Part shown: piece by piece, positions 60,544-64,000 of the stretch
Numbering within the stretch: position 1 is the first letter of the stretch
Layout of the letters: the number at the start of each line of letters is the position of its first letter
Assembly: GCA_963704165.1 (NCBI GenBank)
Contig: CAVPHD010000001.1
Location: 448,001 to 512,000, forward strand
Source: an uncultured delta proteobacterium
GTDB lineage: Bacteria > Myxococcota_A > UBA9160 > SZUA-336
Length of the DNA stretch: 64,000 bases
Direction of reading: 5' to 3'
Position numbers and translations under genes: made by a program
The notes under the pieces: model-generated
What the model was told of the DNA's origin: nothing
Seen by the model: only the letters and a program-made list of their open reading frames with translations
Databases searched by the model: none

Positions 60544-62240
60544 TCGGCGTCGACCACCTGCAGTGTGAATGTGCTCGGCCCCACGCGAATCTCGAGCTTT
60601 CCGTTCGCGCACCGATCGACGCTGCATTCGAATTGACTTCCGGCGACGAGGATCGAGCAGGATCCCCGGTCGCTCGGAGCCGCATCGATCCGCCGTGTCG
60701 ATCCGCCGTCGACGCTCACGTCGCAGATCGCGGCGCTGATGCGCTCGACCGATACCCGGTGCGCGTCGCTGCCGAGCGTCACCACGAGCTCACCGGATCG
60801 ACCCTCGGCCAGCGTCGACGTCGCCGCGACCATCACCGCAACGGCTCTGGATTCCGATTCAGGGGAAGGGGCGGGCTTCTTCGCGAGGATCTCCGTCTCG
60901 ACGAAGCCCGTGTCGTAGTTCCCGGACAGGAACGTCTCGTTCTCGAGCACACGCAGGTGAAACGGGATCGAGGTCTTGATGCCGCGAATCGCGAACTCGC
61001 CGAGCGCGCGCTTCATCCGAGCGATCGCCTCACCGCGATTCCGGCCCCAAGAGACGAGCTTCGAGATCATCGGATCGTAGTGGACGCTGATCTCCGCTCC
61101 GGAGGAGACACCGGAGTCGTGGCGAATCCCCGGTCCGCCCGGCGGCTCGAAGGCGAGGATCGCACCCGGCGATGGCAGGAAGTTCCGGTCCGGATCCTCA
61201 GCATAGATGCGGCACTCGATCGCCCAGCCGTCGATCCCCACGTCCGCCTGCGAGAAGCCGATCGGCTCCCCCGCCGCGATCCGGATGCCGGCCTTCACGA
61301 TGTCGATGTTGGTGATCAGCTCGGTGACGGGGTGCTCGACCTGGACGCGCGTGTTCATCTCGAGGAAGTAGAACGCCTGCTTCTCGTCGACGAGAAACTC
61401 GACCGTGCCCGCGCCTTCGTAGCCGACGGCACGCGCGGCCACGACGGCGGCCTCGCCCATCCGCTCGCGAAGCCCTGGCGGAATCCGGTTCGCGGGCGCC
61501 TCCTCGATCAGCTTCTGGTGACGGCGTTGGACGGAGCACTCCCGCTCGAACAAGTGGATCACGTTCCCGTGCGAGTCCCCGAGGATCTGGATCTCGATGT
61601 GGCGCGGGTGGGTGACGAGCTTCTCGATGTAGATCGCGCCGTCGCCGAAGCTCGACTGCGCTTCCGAGCGGGCCCGCGTGATCGAGGGCAGCAGCATTGC
61701 CTCGTCACGTACGAGTCGCAGTCCCCGTCCGCCGCCGCCGGCCGAGGCCTTCACCATCACCGGCAAGCCGATCTTCCGCGCGAACTCGACCGCCTCGTCG
61801 TCCGAGAGTGTCTCGGTCGAGCCGGGCACGATCGGAACGCCCGCGGCCTGCATCAACCTGCGCGACGTCACCTTGTCGCCCATCGCGTCGATCGTCTCGG
61901 GCTTCGGGCCGATGAAGACGACTCCCGCATCGCGACACGCCTGCGCGAATCCGGCGTTCTCCGAGAGGAATCCGTAGCCGGGGTGGATGGCGTTCGCACC
62001 GCACTCGCGCGCGATCTCGATCATTCGCTCGCCGTTCAGATAGCTCTGCGAAGCCGGTGCGGGACCACACGGATACGCCTCGTCGGCGTGGCGGACGTGA
62101 AGCGCGGAACGATCGACTTCGGAGAACACCGCGACCGATCGGATGCCGAGCTCACGACACGCGCGCATGACGCGCACCGCGATCTCTCCGCGGTTGGCGA
62201 TCAGCACCTTCTCGAACGCCGGCTTCGGCGGCAGGCTCAG
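60540..62240 (-). CDS. Acyl-CoA carboxylase biotin carboxylase subunit with BT-like tail and no biotin carrier domain
   Basis: FEKVLIANRGEIA, HPGYGFLSEN, GGGGRG, RECSVQRRHQK, EMNTRVQVEH, YDPMISK; no AMKM; probable CTG start at 62240. Confidence 0.92.
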   Translation of the reverse strand: MSLPPKPAFEKVLIANRGEIAVRVMRACRELGIRSVAVFSEVDRSALHVRHADEAYPCGPAPASQSYLNGERMIEIARECGANAIHPGYGFLSENAGFAQACRDAGVVFIGPKPETIDAMGDKVTSRRLMQAAGVPIVPGSTETLSDDEAVEFARKIGLPVMVKASAGGGGRGLRLVRDEAMLLPSITRARSEAQSSFGDGAIYIEKLVTHPRHIEIQILGDSHGNVIHLFERECSVQRRHQKLIEEAPANRIPPGLRERMGEAAVVAARAVGYEGAGTVEFLVDEKQAFYFLEMNTRVQVEHPVTELITNIDIVKAGIRIAAGEPIGFSQADVGIDGWAIECRIYAEDPDRNFLPSPGAILAFEPPGGPGIRHDSGVSSGAEISVHYDPMISKLVSWGRNRGEAIARMKRALGEFAIRGIKTSIPFHLRVLENETFLSGNYDTGFVETEILAKKPAPSPESESRAVAVMVAATSTLAEGRSGELVVTLGSDAHRVSVERISAAICDVSVDGGSTRRIDAAPSDRGSCSILVAGSQFECSVDRCANGKLEIRVGPSTFTLQVVDAE

Positions 62241-64000
62241 TACTCCCTTTGTGCCTGCAGAACGGTGATCGCCGTGAGATTCACGATCTCGTCGACGGTC
62301 GCGGTGCGCTGGAGCGAGTTCATGGGATTGCGCATGCCCATCAGGATCGGGCCGACGACCGTCGCATTCCCGATCGATCCGATCATGCGCGTGGCGATGT
62401 GCGCGGACTCGAGATTCGGGAAGATCAGGACGTTCGCCTCGCCCTTGATCTCGGAGAAGCCGAAGCGCGTGGCGCGGCGCACCGGGTCGAGCGCGATGTC
62501 CGCCTGCATCTCACCGTCGATCACCAGGTCCTTCCAGCGCGACTTGGCGATCTCGACGGCCTTCGAGAGTCGGTTCGTGCGCTCGTCGCGCACGCTCCCG
62601 TAGTTCGACGACGAAAGCACGGCGACGACCGGATCGAAGCCGAACCAGCGCGCGGTTTCCGCGCCGAGATCGGAGATGTCGGCGAGCTCTTCGGCCGAGG
62701 GCTCGACGTTGACGGAGCCGTCGGCGAAGAACATCACGCGGTCCTTCTGGATCACGACGTAGACGCCGGCGGCGGCTTCGTGGCCGTCCGCGAGGCCGAC
62801 GACTTCGAAGGCGGGCAGGATCGACTCCGCGTAGGACTTCGTGAGGCCCGCGACCAGGCCATCGGCTGCGCCCATGCGCACCATCATCGCGCCGAAGTAG
62901 CTGCGCCGGCCGATCAGGCGCTCCGCGTCCTGCTCGGTCACACCCTTGCGCTTGCGCAGCTGGACGAGCTCGCGCTGGTACTCTTTCTGCTCGCTCGAGA
63001 GATGGTGGTCGATGATGGTGATGCCATCCAGCGCGACGCCGACCTTCGATGCCTGAGCGCGGATCTCGACCTCGGTGCCGAGAAGGATCGGATGGCAGAT
63101 CTGCTCCTCGTTCAGGATCTGAACCGCGCGAAGCACGCGCTCCTCGCTGCCTTCGGGGAAGACGATGCGCCTCGGCGCGCTCTTCGCCTTGTTGATCACC
63201 GTGCGCATCAGCTCGCGCGAGCTGCCCAGGTATCGCTCGAGCCGCTCTCGGTACTCGTCGAGGTCGATCGGAACGCGCGCGACGCCCGATTCCATCGCCG
63301 CCTTCGCCACGGCCATGGATTCGTAGATCAGCACACGCGGATCGAAGGGCTTCGGAATGATGTAGTTCGGCCCGAACTCGAAGCGCTCGCCCGGATAGGC
63401 GTGAAACACCTCTTCGGGCACGCCCTGCTCGCCCATCCGGGCCAGGTCCGCGAGCGCCTTCACCGCGGCGAGCTTCATCTCCAGGTTGATCTTGCGCGCG
63501 CGCACGTCGAGCGCGCCGCGGAAGATGAACGGGAAGCCGAGCACGTTGTTGACCTGGTTCGGATAGTCCGAGCGGCCCGTCGCCATGATCGCGTCGCCGC
63601 GCACTTCGGCGACCTCCGCCGGCGTGATCTCGGGATCGGGGTTCGCCATCGCGAAGATGATCGGGCTCGGAGCCATGCTGCGAACCATTTCCTTGGTCAC
63701 CAGACCCGCGGATGCCACGCCGACGAACGCGTCGGCGCCCTTCATGGCATCGACGAGCGTGCGTGCATTCGTCTGGCGCGCGAATCGGGCCTTGTACTTG
63801 TTCATTCCCTCCTTGCGGCCCTCGTAGATCACCCCCTTGCTGTCGGTCATGAGGATGTTCTCGGGGCGCACGCCGAGGTGCAGATAGAGATCCGCACAGG
63901 CAATGCCCGCGGCACCAGCGCCGGCGAATACGACCTTGGTGTCTTCGATCTTTCGATTCGTGAGGATCAGCGCGTTGATGAACGCGGCTGCCGAGATGAT
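62237..64000 (-). CDS. maeB: NADP-dependent malic enzyme with a phosphotransacetylase-like domain; 5' end outside the window
   Basis: AGAGAAGIAC, FAMANPDPEI, TGRSDYPNQVNNVLGFP, IIPKPFDPR, IDGEMQAD, ANVLIFPNL, VGPILMG. Confidence 0.95.
   Translation of the reverse strand: MISAAAFINALILTNRKIEDTKVVFAGAGAAGIACADLYLHLGVRPENILMTDSKGVIYEGRKEGMNKYKARFARQTNARTLVDAMKGADAFVGVASAGLVTKEMVRSMAPSPIIFAMANPDPEITPAEVAEVRGDAIMATGRSDYPNQVNNVLGFPFIFRGALDVRARKINLEMKLAAVKALADLARMGEQGVPEEVFHAYPGERFEFGPNYIIPKPFDPRVLIYESMAVAKAAMESGVARVPIDLDEYRERLERYLGSSRELMRTVINKAKSAPRRIVFPEGSEERVLRAVQILNEEQICHPILLGTEVEIRAQASKVGVALDGITIIDHHLSSEQKEYQRELVQLRKRKGVTEQDAERLIGRRSYFGAMMVRMGAADGLVAGLTKSYAESILPAFEVVGLADGHEAAAGVYVVIQKDRVMFFADGSVNVEPSAEELADISDLGAETARWFGFDPVVAVLSSSNYGSVRDERTNRLSKAVEIAKSRWKDLVIDGEMQADIALDPVRRATRFGFSEIKGEANVLIFPNLESAHIATRMIGSIGNATVVGPILMGMRNPMNSLQRTATVDEIVNLTAITVLQAQREY

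Overview
A 64-kb, very GC-rich, gene-dense stretch of bacterial core chromosome. The RomX-like gene, DUF6178-like gene and gene order point to Myxococcota or related deltaproteobacteria (inference). Housekeeping blocks: greA-trxB-GH35, nadA, tRNA-Pro(CGG), rpsU-dnaG-rpoD, a long minus-strand run selA-HNH-MinD-like-J/HTH-romX-rluD-pgeF-rpmE-prfA-prmC-murA-hisD-hisB-hisH-lipoprotein-hisA-hisF, rng, surE-parA-acyltransferase-SDR, lon, gshA, tatA-tatC and maeB-biotin carboxylase. I saw no CRISPR array, integrase, transposase or prophage. Seven frameshifts in four genes look like long-read assembly errors. The most notable items are: (1) a reconstructed ~650-aa REC-AAA(sigma54-activator-like)-HisKA-HATPase fusion in which every module has lost its catalytic residues; (2) a PAS-HisKA-REC protein with no ATP-binding domain between HisKA and REC; (3) a MinD-like / HPD-less J-HTH / RomX polarity-type gene cluster; (4) a subtilase-like lipoprotein lacking the catalytic Ser; (5) a lipoprotein built of tandem STN-like modules; (6) an ~80-nt hairpin upstream of tatA; (7) a perfect CRP-type box. 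All family calls come from motif recognition by eye; no searches were run.
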